This document shows, in pieces, positions 42,513 through 57,561 of a stretch of DNA of 64,000 nt. Made by a program: the position numbers and the translations under genes. The stretch spans positions 18,662,001-18,726,000 of the forward strand of contig OX597824.1 in NCBI GenBank assembly GCA_951406725.2, written 5' to 3'. The DNA comes from Octopus vulgaris. Taxonomy: Eukaryota. Below the pieces are notes generated by a model. It was not told the origin of the DNA. It was given only the letters and a program-made list of their open reading frames with translations, and searched no databases. Position 1 is the first letter of the stretch, and every line of letters begins with the position of its first letter.

Positions 42513-42748
42513 AACTCTTATTTCTAACGGATTAACACCTCTTCGCTGCTTACTCCAAACACGTTCTGTCCTCTCCTATCCACGACGCCACTGTAATCCT
42601 CAGTTCCTTTTCTGCCGTGCTTAGCCAGCTCATCTTGATCCTTGATCATCTTGCTTTCCTTTTCTGCTTCCGACTTCCAACCCGAGATTTGCTATGCCAA
42701 ACATGACTGGTTTTCTAAATGTCAAAGGCCAGTGAATTCCGTCAGAAT

Positions 42749-42799
42749 TTTGTCAGTGAACAGGTAGCGATCTCAAAGCGACGAAAATATTTTGACAAA
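42749..42799 (+). ncRNA. Third copy of the G3-C8 variant hammerhead (solo fragment ~42743-42832)
   Basis: tttgtca-GTGAACA-g-gtagc(gatctcaaa)gcgac-GAAA-atat-TT-tgacaaa. Confidence 0.6.
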
Positions 42800-42954
42800 T
42801 TAAATTTAAATGTTGAAGTGAATCTAATGGTTTAATATATATAATGAATATAATAAAAGTCGACAATATTTTTTTATCCTATATATATTTTGTAAACAAA
42901 TAATATATTTTAAATAAACATTTTATGAGCATTTTATAATGTTTCTTTTTTCTG

Positions 42955-43017
42955 GAAAGTTACGGGGGCGTAAACACACAAGTATCGGTTGTCAAGCGAT
43001 GTTGGGGGACAAACACA

Positions 43018-43064
<47 letters not shown>

Positions 43065-43260
43065 ACACATATATATATATATATATATACATTTATACGA
43101 CGGGCTTCTTTCAGTTTCCGTCTACCAAATCTACTCATATAGCTTTCGTCGGCCCGAGGCTATAGTAGATGACACTTGCCCAAGGTGCCACACAGTGGGA
43201 CTGAACTCGGAACCATATGGTTGGTAAGCAAGCTACTTACCACACAGCCTCTCCTGCGCC
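42955..43260 (-). mobile_element. SINE family B, 3'-truncated
   Basis: Sequence match. Confidence 0.85.
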
Positions 43261-43277
43261 TTGTTTACTTAACATTA

Positions 43278-43985
43278 CAGTAATACGTCACTTTACGAGG
43301 CCTCGTTTTACGAGACCCTGGATTTATGAGTTTTACGTTTCAAGCACGAGATCCAAATTTTGATCGGAGTGCAAAAGTTTCTACAATCATAGCGAATGCT
43401 TTTGAGTGCTACCGAGAAATTTATAGAGAGCGAAAAAAAGCTTCTTCTAAGCAAACAGCTTTAGATTTGTTTTTTTTTAAAAGAAATCTACAAGTCCGTC
43501 TACGAGTGCTTGTGAATCAACGATAGCGTCTACAAATAATGCTGTGCGCAAATCTAGTGCGAGTAAAAATGATTCAGAAAACGATTATAATAAGAATATT
43601 TTTTTGTTATAAATCATCTTCATATACTTTTTTACTTTACATAAAATATTCTTTTCTACTCTAGGCACAAAGCCCAAAATTTGTGGAGAGGGGGCCAGTC
43701 GATTAGACCGACCCCAGTACGCAACTGCTACTTAATTTATCGACGCCGAAAGGATGAAAGGCAGAGTCGACCTCGGCAGGATTTGAACTCAGAACGTAAA
43801 GACAGACGTTCTACTGTTTTACTGCCATTTAATTACGAGTATCATAAATTTTATAGGTACAATATTTTTTTTTTGTGGGGGGGGGAACTAATTACGATTT
43901 ATAACATTGCAAATATGAGAAATTATTACTCTGCTTTACGAGTTGTCTCCGGGAACAAATTAACTCGTATATCGTGGCATTAATG
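43278..43985 (+). mobile_element. Internally deleted Tigger/pogo-like DNA transposon with a nested SINE A fragment (43645-43810)
   Basis: TA-flanked imperfect TIRs cagtaatacgtcactttacgag / ctcgtatatcgtggcattaatg; DPNFDRSAKV..CYREIYRERKK..QTALDLFF resembles a Tigger transposase C-terminus. Confidence 0.7.
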
Positions 43986-44006
43986 TACCTGTTATATCTC
44001 TATATA

Positions 44007-44393
44007 GGAGGCGCAATGGCCCAGTGGTTAGGGCAGCGGACTCGCGGTCATAGGATCGCGGTTTCGATTCCCAGACCGGGCGTTGTGAGTGTATATTGAG
44101 CGAAAACACCTAAAGTTCCACGAGGCTCCGGCAGGGGATGGTGGTGATCCCTGCTGTACTCTTTCACCACAACTTTCTCTCACTCTTACTTCCTGTTTCT
44201 GTTGTACCTGTATTTCAAAGGGCCGGCCTTGTCACTCTCTGTGTCACGCTGAATATCCCCGAGAACTACGTTAAGGGTACACGTGTCTGTGGAGTGCTCA
44301 GCCACTTACACGTTAATTTCACGAGCAGGCTGTTCCGTTGATTCGGATCAACCGGAACCCTCGTCGTCGTAACCGACGGAGTGCTTCCATCCA
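44007..44393 (+). mobile_element. SINE family C, full length
   Basis: Near-identical to 16760-17146. Confidence 0.9.
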
Positions 44394-44720
44394 TTTTTTA
44401 TCTTATCGACTCCAAAAGGATGGATAACAGGCAAAGTCGACCCTGGCATAACTTGAACTCAGAACGTAATGACGGACGAAATATCGCTATGTGTTTCAGC
44501 CGGCGTGCAAACGCTTCTGCCAGCTCCGCTGCCTTGATATATCTGTGAATTAGAAGCAATATTTGTTAATTTACAACTCCTTGGGAAAGTTCAATAGCAG
44601 AGAGGAACAAGTGTACACCTATCAGTCTAATTAAATAAAACATTCTCTCCATATTTACTCAGCACTTACGGAATTGAGATCTTTTTGTTTACGTCTTGTT
44701 TCACAAGGTTTTATGTACTT

Positions 44721-44925
44721 AGCGCAGGAGTGGCTGTGTGGGAGCAGGAGTGGCTGTGTGGGCGCAGGAGTGGCTGTGTGGTAAGTAGCTTGCTAACCAA
44801 CCACATGGTTCCGGGTTCAGTCCCACTGCGTGGCATCTTGGGCAAGTGTCTTCTGCTATAGCCCCGGGCCGACCAATGCCTTGTGAGTGGATTTGGTAGA
44901 CGGAAACTGAAAGAAGCCTGTCGTA

Positions 44926-44992
<67 letters not shown>

Positions 44993-45210
44993 ATTTGTTT
45001 GTCTGTGTTTGTCCCCCTAGCATTGCTTGACAACCGATGCTGGTGTGTTTACGTCCCCGTCACCTAGCGGTTCAGCAAAAGAGACCGATAGAATAAGTAC
45101 TGGGCTTACAAAGAATAAGTCCCGGGGTCGATTTGCTCGACTAAAGGTGGTGCTCCAGCATGGCCGCAGTCAAACGACTGAAACAAGTAAAAGAGTAAAG
45201 AGTAAAGAGA
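44721..45210 (+). mobile_element. SINE family B with a triplicated 20-bp head
   Basis: gcaggagtggctgtgtg x3. Confidence 0.9.
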
Positions 45211-45491
45211 GAGTTAGCACATTCTAAAATGTATAATATGTATGTGAATATTATCTATATATGTGTGTCTGCGCGCTTGAGAGATAGAGAGATAGGGAAA
45301 GATTGAAGAGAGAGACAGAGAGAGAGAAAGAGAAAGCGTTTATGCGTATGTATATTTACGTTTCTGCTTAAATATATTTGGTTTGCACTTGTACACAGCA
45401 ATTGGTAAATACAGAGGATGTTATGGTTGTCTTCCATTTTAACAATGCCCAATGTTGCATGCAATCATTACATTGTATATACAACTGATAA

Positions 45492-45530
<39 letters not shown>

Positions 45531-46249
45531 TATGTGTGTGTGTGTATGTGCGTGTGTAGATAGATAGATAGATATAAATATATGTATATTTGTATATATG
45601 TATATATATATATATATATATATTTATTTATAAATATATATATAAATGTATGTATATGTATATATAGATAGATAGATAAATATAAATATATGTATATTTA
45701 TATATATGTATGTATGTTTATATATATATATATACATATATGTATATGATGATGTATATATATATAGATATACACATATATATATATGTATATATGTATG
45801 TATGTATCTATGTATGCATGTATGTATGTATGTATGTATGTATGTATGTATGTATGCATGCATGCATGTATGTATGTATGTATGTATGTATGTATGTATG
45901 TATGTATGTATGTATGTATACATGTGTGTGCGTGTGCTTCTATATATATTAAGGGGAGAGAGAAATATGGAAAGAAATATAAAAATTATGAGGAATGTAG
46001 GTGCGTGTGTGTGTGTGTGTGCGTTTGAGAACAGAGTTTGTAATTTTTGTACTTATTGTAAATTATTTAATTATTTTGTTGCTTTTTTTATAGAGATTAA
46101 GTATTTACTTTTGTAATTTATTGATGAAATTTAATTAATGTGCGCCAAATTGCTGTTTACTCAGATATAAATATTGTCATTTACATTCGTTCAAGTGGAT
46201 ATAAACCCATTACAAAAACACATTCATATTTATATATGTATATATGTAT

Positions 46250-46332
<83 letters not shown>

Positions 46333-46500
46333 AATATATATATATATACACACATATATATATATATGTATATATATATACATATATATATGCATATATA
46401 TATATACATATATATATATAATAATATATATATACACATATAAATATATATATATGTATATAATAATATATATATACACATATAAATATATATATATGTT

Positions 46501-46647
<147 letters not shown>

Positions 46648-46758
46648 GTATGCACACTGCAGATTGCGTAGCTTGTATCAATATAAAATAAAGGTTTCGG
46701 TTAATAGTCAATTGGAAGAGAAAAGCCCATGAAATGCCTGAACTCAAAACCAATATAG

Positions 46759-46797
<39 letters not shown>

Positions 46798-47046
46798 TAT
46801 GGATATCGTCATCGTCTTCGTCGTCATCATCATCATCGTCGTCGTCGCCATCATCATTATCATTGTCATCATCATCATCAGCAGCAGCAGCAGCATCATC
46901 GCCATCATATCCGACATGTTCGTTATCAATTATTATCATCTTCGTTGGTATTACTATTTTGGGTGATTTCACAATCATTATCATTTATTAATAATAATAG
47001 TCATCTAAATGAACTCGTATATATAACATATATATAAATACATATC

Positions 47047-47176
<130 letters not shown>

Positions 47177-47737
47177 AAATACATATACGAATATGTGTGT
47201 GTATATATATATATATATATATGCGTGTCTATGTATATGTCCTTATGTATGTATGTATGTATCCATGGTTGTTTAATATTATACTCTCGTTCTTTTTCTT
47301 TGAAATTTTATTTCTGACCATCCCATCAGACCATCAATGCACAAATCTAGACCTAAATGACTTGAAATCGTAAACACAATTTTTTTTTTGTTACAATAAA
47401 AAAAGAAGAAAAAAAAAATAAGAAGAAAAAAAATGTAAGAAAAACACAGGAAGATCTAACAGATAAAAACTTCTTTTTAAAAAAATGGTAAAATAAACAG
47501 GAATCGGGGCGAATGGTCTATGAGAATGCATGCAGTCATCAGAAAATTGAAATCATTCTGTAATTTCCCCTTTTATTTAGAACAGATGGAAAATAAATGG
47601 TGAATCTCCTGATATCCTGTTGCGACACAATTCACGTGGCGTGATTGATTCTGAAAGTTCTCACATTTATCGATTTTTTTTTGGCTCCGGTGATAAGCTT
47701 GTGTACAGATGTTTATGCGTGTGTGTGTCTGTTTCTG

Positions 47738-47783
<46 letters not shown>

Positions 47784-47992
47784 TCTGTTTGTATACGCAC
47801 ACATACATACATATATATATATATATACGTACAAATATATATATATACACATATATACATATATATATTGGCGTACTTTACTGGTATCAATATATGTGTG
47901 TGTTTTTGTGTGTACACAGACACATACATACATACATACATACATATACATATATATATATATCTATATATATACAGCGGCATGATTATTTT

Positions 47993-48039
<47 letters not shown>

Positions 48040-48153
48040 ATATATTTGTGTGTGTGTGTGTAGGGGGCACACAAAACATATGTAGGGAGTGATCAATCTA
48101 TGAATGTATCTATCCGCCTGTTTTTTTTAAATATTTGTATGTGAATTGACGTG

Positions 48154-48188
<35 letters not shown>

Positions 48189-48318
48189 ATAACGTGCACA
48201 AACTCACACACACACACACGCATACAGACGTATGCCTAGTCCTGTATGCGTATGGCTAGCATAGTCATATGCATACGTATGAAAACAGGCGTATGTGAGT
48301 GCGTGTGTACGGATGAAT

Positions 48319-48415
<97 letters not shown>

Positions 48416-48882
48416 TATACTCGTGGAGAGCAACTTGCAAATCGCTCTACAGAGAGAATGTTGTTTACAGATATTACTAGCAGGATGTCGTGTGGTTGTT
48501 TTCGTTTTTTTTTTTTTCAATTATCTTTTTTTTTCTTTTTTCATTTATCACTTTTCACATTTTGTTTTTTGTTTTGTTTTGTTTTGTTTTGTTTTGGTGT
48601 TTTTTTGTTTTATATGTAGTTTTCAAATAAAAGTGTTTAAAATATACACACGAAATTACTAAATAGTGTAATACTAAGAAAAAAAAAATCTATTATTACC
48701 ATTACAATCATCATCACCATCATCATCATCATCATCATTCGTTATCTCCATCATCACCACCATCAGCAGCCTCATCATCATCATCTCAATAGTCATCAAG
48801 GATGTGATAATGAATTTTTTGAAAAAAAAACAAATAATAATAATAATGATAATAATAAAAACAACAACAACAACAACAATAC

Positions 48883-48933
<51 letters not shown>

Positions 48934-48954
48934 CAACAACAACAACAACAATAC

Positions 48955-48987
<33 letters not shown>

Positions 48988-49013
48988 TAATAATAATGAT
49001 GATAATAATAATG

Positions 49014-49110
<97 letters not shown>

Positions 49111-49685
49111 CAACAATGATAAATATGAAATAAAAATGGATGCAGTAAAAAGTAACTATATAATAAATAAGTTAAGTATAGAAACATAATTTTGTTTTCC
49201 AAAATTCTTTCTTTGAGATGGCAGCAGCTAATTGTAAAATTTAAGATTCAGAAGTAAAAAAAAAAAAAAATTGATGGTGTTTTGGTTAAAAGAAAGAACT
49301 CGTGATGGTGGTACTTCCCAGAAATGATTCTGTTAATATTGCGTATGTTCTACTCGCATACGCGTGTGCTTGTTTATGTGTGCGTGTGTGTGTGTGTGTG
49401 TTTGTTTACGCGTTTGTTAGTGTGTATGCATGCGTGTGAGAGAGAAACTCTTTGTTCGTATGCGCGTATTTTGTGTGAAAATCTAAAATATTAAAAACAG
49501 AAAAAAAAAACGAATAAATAATTTATATCGTTGAAGATGGCTTCTTAAAGTAACATGTTTATGGTAGATTTCCTCACTTGCCATTTGGTATAATAAACAG
49601 AATCTAAAAGTCTCACATATTCCACACACACATACACACACACACACACTCGAAACATGCGTATATGCGCAAATATGCGTATATA

Positions 49686-50580
49686 CATGGTCTGATCAAT
49701 AACTAACCTCTCTGTTGCCATAGTAACGAAGCTAGAGCACGCAGAGTAAAGCCGCTTGGCAAAGATTGATCTTGAACTTTGTTTTGCATGCGTACCAAGT
49801 TTTAACTTTGTAGCTCACTTGTGCTGTTTATAGCAGTGCTTGGAAGGAACCTGTGTAGCGTACGATCATCACATTGATCATAACAGAGAAAGTTGGGCCG
49901 AGAATCTGCATCAAATTTTGCCAAAAGCTTGGCGATATCTGTTCAGAGGCCTACGCAAAGTTTTCAAAACTTTTCATCGTTCTTGACACAATCAAGGAGA
50001 TCTTGTGCAACTGAAACACGAATGTCTTCTGGGTCAGCTGAAAGCAGTTTCAGTCCAAACTTGGCACACACGCGTCTCAAACCCAAATCTTCAGTGATAA
50101 TGGACGGGGCTGAACCGTAACTAAACTGCACATGCTCTGATAACTCCCCAATGGTGAGTCGACGATTTTCCCCTCATAACTGCATGCACACCTGCGATGT
50201 TTTCCTCAGTTCTGCTGGTTGCGGGTCTCCGAGAACATTCGTCAATATCGACATATTTTCGGACATCTTGATAACGTGTGAACCACTCATACACTTCTTT
50301 GAGTTTCATACACTCCTCTCCATACTCTTTCTGCAACTTTGCACAGGACTCTGAACAGATATCATCATGACAACTTTCTCTGTCATGGACATTGCGACGG
50401 TCACACACTACACACCTTTCTTCTAACAACTGCTGTAAGCAGTTAAATTGAGCTAGACGGCTAAAACTTTGTGGGCGTGCAGAGCAGAGATCAAGATCAA
50501 TCTTTACCAAACAGCTTTACTCTACGTACTTTAGCTTCGTTACTATGGCAACAGTCCTGATACTTATTAGTCAGACCTCG
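49686..50580. mobile_element. Mariner-derived element built from two inverted 5' ends
   Basis: ~280-bp imperfect inverted arms; the minus strand encodes VYEWFTRYQDVRKYVDIDECSRRPATSRTEENI, typical of a mariner N-terminal HTH region. Confidence 0.75.
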
Positions 50581-50727
50581 AATATATGAATGCTTGCTCA
50601 CACTAATTTACACATGCAAGCACACACATTCACATACATACATACATACATACATACATACATACATACATACATACATACATACATACATACATACATA
50701 CATACATACATACATACATACGCGCAT

Positions 50728-50982
50728 ACTCTTACTCTTATACTTGTTTCAGTCATTTGACTGTGGCCATGCTGGACGACCGCCCTTTTTAGTCGAGCAA
50801 ATCGACCCCAGGACATATTCTTTGTAAGCCTAGTACTTAGTCTATCGGTCTCTATTGCCGAACCGCTAAGTTACAGGGACGTAAACACACCGACATCGGT
50901 TGTCAGGCGAAGTTGGGGGGACAACCACAGGCACACAAACATACACACACTCACATACAAACACACACACACACACACACAT

Positions 50983-51035
<53 letters not shown>

Positions 51036-51128
51036 CAACGGGATTCTTTCAGTTTCTGTCTACCAAATCCACTCACAAGGCTTTGGTCACAAGGCTATAG
51101 TAGAAGACACTTGCCCAGGGTGCCACGC
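50728..51128 (-). mobile_element. SINE family B, 5'-truncated
   Basis: Sequence match. Confidence 0.85.
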
Positions 51129-51151
51129 ACATACATACATACATACATACA

Positions 51152-51182
<31 letters not shown>

Positions 51183-51506
51183 TCATTTCGGCGTGGTACG
51201 TTTCTAGTAAGTGACTTGAATGAAACGGCGTGTTGAAACTGAAATACTTACAACTTACTCGTGGAAGGATTAATTAATTTTTTCATAATGAATATACAAT
51301 AACTGCTCATAATTCTGTATATTTATTTCATAAGGTATCACATTTTTCATCGCAAAACTACAAACTGGTCGCTGATACAGATTTTACGGAAACTGTGAGG
51401 AAACATTCGGAGTCAGAAAAATAGCTGAAAAAAAGAATCTACCAGTCGTCTTCTTTTTTTTCTCAAATAGTGGGCCAAATGTATCTTTCCCTATTTATTC
51501 GATATA

Positions 51507-52073
<567 letters not shown>

Positions 52074-52174
52074 ATATTTTACTATAAAATTGGATTCAAT
52101 CCTAAATCTGATTTTCCCTATAAGTTTGGATTTATTCCCTAATATTTATTATATAATATATATAACATTATTGG

Positions 52175-52226
<52 letters not shown>

Positions 52227-52243
52227 CGTTTTGCAAGATATTC

Positions 52244-52431
52244 TGTTGTGTCTGGAGAGAGTCATTTTCTTTTTGCGCCTTGTAATTTAACACACTCACT
52301 GGTAAAATTTCCATTTATTCTTTATTTTATTTTTATTTTTATTTAAAAATAAGGAATAAGTGGAAAATTTTTACCTGTGAGTGTGTTAAATTATAAGGCA
52401 CAAAAAGAAAATGACCCTCCCCAGACACAAC
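52244..52431. repeat. Foldback with ~80-bp arms
   Basis: ctgttgtgtctgg...ttattcttt is inverted at 52351-52431. Confidence 0.8.
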
Positions 52432-52447
52432 AGTACATATATATATA

Positions 52448-52478
<31 letters not shown>

Positions 52479-52485
52479 ATACATA

Positions 52486-52898
52486 TATATATGCATATAT
52501 TAGTACAGGACGTCACCAACTGTGTAAACAACATTAAATACGAAAAGAAACGAGTTGAATACGCAAACAACGAGAGAGAAAAATGGAAAACAGGACAAGT
52601 AAAAACAGAGAACGACCCTTCATCAGTTGTCGGCTGTCTATCTACACCTCGTTTCGAGCATTCAACGACAATATGAGTCTTCAAAAACAGTTGCTCCCAT
52701 CAATATCAAAATAAAATTCAGGGATTATAGAGGGTCAAAGTTGGGAAAGAAAACAGGACGGTAGAGACATGCAAGAAAACCGAACGAAATCAAACATGGA
52801 GGGTCAAAGTTTTCCTCTCGTTGTTTGCGTATTTAACACATTTGTTTTCGTATTTCATGTTGTTTACACAGTTTGTGACGTCCTGTGCCAATATATGC

Positions 52899-52939
<41 letters not shown>

Positions 52940-53040
52940 TGTGTGTGTGTGTGTGTATGTGTGTATGTGTGTATGTGTGTGTGTGTGTATTTTATTTATA
53001 TTATTATTTAATTGAACGCCACGCATCCATTTCCAAGTAT
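52486..53040. mobile_element. Family P foldback (arms ~52486-52583 and ~52809-52906)
   Basis: caggacgtcaccaactgtgtaaacaac vs gttgtttacacagtttgtgacgtcctg. Confidence 0.7.
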
Positions 53041-53274
53041 ATATATATATAAATTAGAGATAAAACAACTATTAGGCAAATCAAACAGTGAAAGACATAA
53101 ACCAAAACATAAAAATAAATATAATTTAATATAATATACAAAATAAATGAAAATAAAATTTTAATTATTTAAATTCAAAATTTTAAATCTATATTTATAT
53201 TTTCATTTTTTTTTAATTTTAAATTTATAAATTTTTAAACTTTTAATTTTTAAATTTTTTTATTAATTAATTTT

Positions 53275-53361
<87 letters not shown>

Positions 53362-53373
53362 GTATATATATAT

Positions 53374-53586
53374 AAAATGTGACCTCGTGTGTACCGTTGG
53401 CGATATTTTTTTCTCTGTCTTCCCTTTTCTGGATCTTTCCTTCTCCTATGTTTCCGACGAAGAGCTCCGCTCGAAACGTTAAACCCTCCTTCTTTCCTTC
53501 TTTCCTGAGCGTCCAATAATACTATATTTGTTCCACGTCCTCGCGTTGTTGTGTGCTTTTTGTGCTTTCTTGTTTGGATTAACTTT
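53374..53586 (+). mobile_element. Family M hammerhead mini-element, HHR at 53450-53484
   Basis: Same ends and CCGACGA core; (TA)n on both sides. Confidence 0.75.
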
Positions 53587-54698
53587 ATATATATATATAT
53601 ATATACATATATATATAGGTGAAATTTACAGAAAAACAAAAGACGAAGACAGGTGTATGAACAACAAGCAGGTGTATTTGATTGACGCACAGGAAAGTGA
53701 GAATGCCATTTACGTTTCAAGTCAACAGAAAGGAGTATGTATAAATAAACGTAGAGAAAATAAAAACTTGTGATTTTTACCAATCAATCATGGAGTAGAT
53801 GAAACAGGGGCAACTGAGGAATAGGAATATTCTTTATGTTGCATGTCTCATTTCTCTTTTTTTTTTTTCGTTGTTCTAAAGAAAGTTCGTTTCAATGTTT
53901 TTGGTTTTAGGTTTTCGTTTCTCATTCTGTTCAACGTTTTTTTGATGCCCTGTACCCATATATGCATCTATATATACATATATATGTAGGTATGTACTGC
54001 GTGGCATCTTGGACAAGTGTCTTCTGCGATAGCCTCGGGCCGACCAATGCCTTGTGAGTGGATTTGGTAGACGGAAACTGAAAGAAGAAACTCTTCTTCT
54101 ATCTCTACTATTTCTTCTCTGTCTATCTCTCTCCCTCTCTTTTTCTTTATCCTTTCTGTTTATCTCTCCCACCTTTCCCTATCCTTCTCCTCTCCTCTTC
54201 ACTGTTCCCTCTCCCTCTCACTTTTCCTCCTTGACTCTCTTGTCGCTAACACGTGACGAAAGGGAATCTCTTTCTGTCCATTTTTTCCTAAAGAAAAGAC
54301 GTGCTTTTACCTGTCTCCTCTCATAGCTCGTCCTCCTAGCGCTCATAATAATTTTTCTATCGTCTTGGCTTAATAGCCCTCACCGTTTGTTTTTACTGTC
54401 TTGTTCTCACTGTCCTGTTCTTGTTACCACTTTCACCCTCCGCAAAAACATCACAAATTTGATTTAATTTGCTTTGCGGGAAGGACGGTTTCAACGAAGT
54501 CGCGTATTGTCCTTAACCTTCGTAACGCGGAGTATATGAAAGAGGGACAACTGGTGAAGGGGAATATTCTTTATGTTGCATGTCTCGTTTCTCTGTTTTT
54601 TACGTTGTTCGAAAAAATGTTCGTTTTCTGTGTTTTCGTTTCTCATAGTGTTTAACGTTTTTTTGATCTCCTGTACCCATGTATGTATATATATATAC

Positions 54699-54729
<31 letters not shown>

Positions 54730-54847
54730 TGTATGTATGTATGTATGTATGTATGTATGTATGTATATATATGTGTATGTATATATGCAAATATTTATAT
54801 ATTATTTATATTATTATATGATCGAATGCCACGCATCCTTTTCCAAG

Positions 54848-54925
<78 letters not shown>

Positions 54926-55130
54926 TTAGAAGATTTGGAGATGATGTACAGGTATTTTAAATTACATGTAATGAGGTACTCAGAAATTCGAATGGTTTTA
55001 TATTTACAGATATTTATTTGTATATTACATGTTTTTATACAACATGTAACATATATCACATATCATATATTAGCGCTTTCGTCCATTCTGGTGGCGTTTT
55101 CAAATTAAACTAAGTTCTTGTGGAAAAATT

Positions 55131-55965
55131 TGACCATTTTATCGTGTTATTGAGTGTGTAGTGGTGGGGAGGGATTTAAGATGGTACAAGAGGGTGATGA
55201 ATGGGGAGTAAGTGAGAGAGAGAGAGAGAGCATGTGTGTGTGTGTGCGTGTGTGTGTGTGTGTGTGTTTGTATCTGAAAGAGGTGTTAAAGAAAAAGAAG
55301 AAAAAATTGTTTTGCTGTAGTTGGTCAGGATGTTTACTCCAAGGGGTGGGGGGTCTCAGATCTTGGGGAAAAACTTGACCATTTTATAGTGTTATTGAGT
55401 GTGTAGTGGTGGAGATGGATATAAGACAGTACAAGAGGGTGGTGAATGGGGAGAAAGTGAGAGAGAGAGAGCATGTGTGTGTGTGTGTGTGTGTGCGTGT
55501 GTGTGTGTTTTTGTATCTAAAAGGAGTGGTGTTAAAGTAAAAGAAACTTCTTTCAAATACAAACAACACACACACACACACACATGGTCTCTCACTTTCT
55601 CCGCATTCATCACCCTCTTGTACTACCTCCCACCACTACACACTCAATAACACTATAGAATGGTCAATTTGTTCCCCAAGATCTTAGACCCCCCTTGGAG
55701 TAAACATCTTGACCAACTACAAAAGAAACCAGCAAAACAATTTTTTTCCTCTTTCTCTCCCTTTTCTTCCTTTCCTTTTTTTTCTTTAACACCTTTTTCA
55801 GATACAAAAACACTCACACACACACACGCACTCACACGCACACACACGCACACACACGCACACACACATGCTCTCTCTCTCTCTCTTAATTTCTCCCCAT
55901 TCATCACCCTCTTGTACTATCTTATATCTCTCTCCACCCCTACACACTCAATAACACTATAAAAC
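55131..55965. mobile_element. ~830-bp foldback whose arms are tandem ~250-bp subrepeats
   Basis: Unit gtgttattgagtgtgtagtgg...gtacaagagggtgatgaatgggg occurs twice on + and twice on -. Confidence 0.8.
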
Positions 55966-56173
55966 GACTGAAACACGTATAAGAATATAATAGAAAAATT
56001 CTTATAAATTCGAATTTCGGAAGTTTTCTTTGATGTGAATCTGTTTTCTTAAAATTCATTTATTCTTGAAGATTTCAACTACATGCTTCAATTAGTAAAA
56101 CGAATTTTTAGCCACTGCGAGCGGGTGTTTTTTGGCGTCTCTGTTTATACAGATCTGCAAATATATAGTTTGA

Positions 56174-57085
56174 CTAGCAGTATCGCCCGGCGCTGCTCGG
56201 GTTTGTAAGGGAAATAACTATATAAGCATTTTTAGAGATGTAAAGCATAATAGGCATCTCAATATGGCTAACCACAAAAGGGGGGGGGGTTACTGTAGCT
56301 TTTTACGTTCTGAGATTTAATAATAAGTTTTTAGAGAGTTACTTCCCTTATATATGCAAAAAATGCATTAAAAATGGGAAAAATTGATGGTAATTTTTTT
56401 TTTTAATCGTAGACTCATCGTAGACGCGCGCTAATACCCAGAAGGGCTCGATATGAATCACGACTAAAAGATACCCGGTTTTGGTTAAACTGCACCGCAA
56501 AATGTGGGAGTAGTTAGGAATCTAAATCGTAGGAAACAGACAGCACACAACCTCACTTTTATATATAAAGACTAGCACTATCGCCCGGCGTTGCTCGGGT
56601 TTGTAAGGGAAATAACTATATAAGCATTTTTAGAGAGTTACTTCCCTTATAGATGCCAATTCGGGCTTTCTTAGCCATTTCTGTTTTGGTGTCTTCAAGC
56701 CATGAAGTCGTTGTTCTAAAAGAACGCTGGTCTCCTTGACAACGCTATACGACGTTGATTTCCTTACACTCCCTTCCCCACAGCTTCACGAGGGAGGGAA
56801 GAAGGGGGAGAAGCAACACAGGTGCAGATGTGAGCGTGGACGCCAACTCCGCCGCCATCGACACACGAAAAAATATGCATTAAAATGGAATAAAAAATGA
56901 TGTTAAATTATTTTTAAAATCGTAGACTCATCGTAGACGCGCGCTAATACCCAGACGGGCTCTATATGAATCACGACTATAAGCTACCCGAATTTAGTTA
57001 AACTGCACCGCAAAATGTGGGAGTAGTTAGGAATCTAAATCGAAGGGGACAGACACTCACACAACTACAGTTTTATATATATAAA
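56174..57085 (-). mobile_element. Two non-autonomous Helitrons joined head-to-tail (56174-56571 and 56572-~57085)
   Basis: Each has a minus-strand hairpin cccg..cggg followed by CTAG; the junction reads CTAG|TC on the minus strand. Confidence 0.8.
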
Positions 57086-57561
57086 TTAGGTTTTCCAACG
57101 CTGCTTTCTGCTGATATATCAATAAAAGCATTTCTTCAACATGTAAGTTTAATCCGGTGTCAGCCAAATTGAATTACGTTGATTACGGCATTCTTGCATA
57201 TTTTGTTGTGGTGCTTTTGAAGAAACAGAAAGCTAAATAAGAAAATTGGTTTTAATTTACTTAAGTCGCTTATACCAAATACAAACTTGTCTAATTTTCT
57301 TTCGGTTAAAGTAATCGACGCTTGTTTTGAAAATATAACCATTATAGAAGTCTGCTGCAGTACATGATAAGGACAATAACTTAGAATCCATTATATATTT
57401 CCGGTAGTTAATTCTTTTACCAAGACCAGCACCATTCGTGTTATCGAGTTTCCTAAGATAAAATTTCAATTCCTGTAATTTTGTGTTTACGTAGCTTATA
57501 AATACTAATTGCAGAGTAAATAATGAGATCTATAATCACATGTTCGAAACGAGAGTAAAAA

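Noticed and set aside
52615-52700. CTGATGA- and TTGAAGA-containing segment in the family P spacer (minus strand)
   Set aside because: I could not assemble consistent stems I-III by eye.
57160-57469. Two non-repetitive minus-strand ORFs (60 and 70 aa)
   Set aside because: No recognisable motif, and their lengths are within chance expectation.
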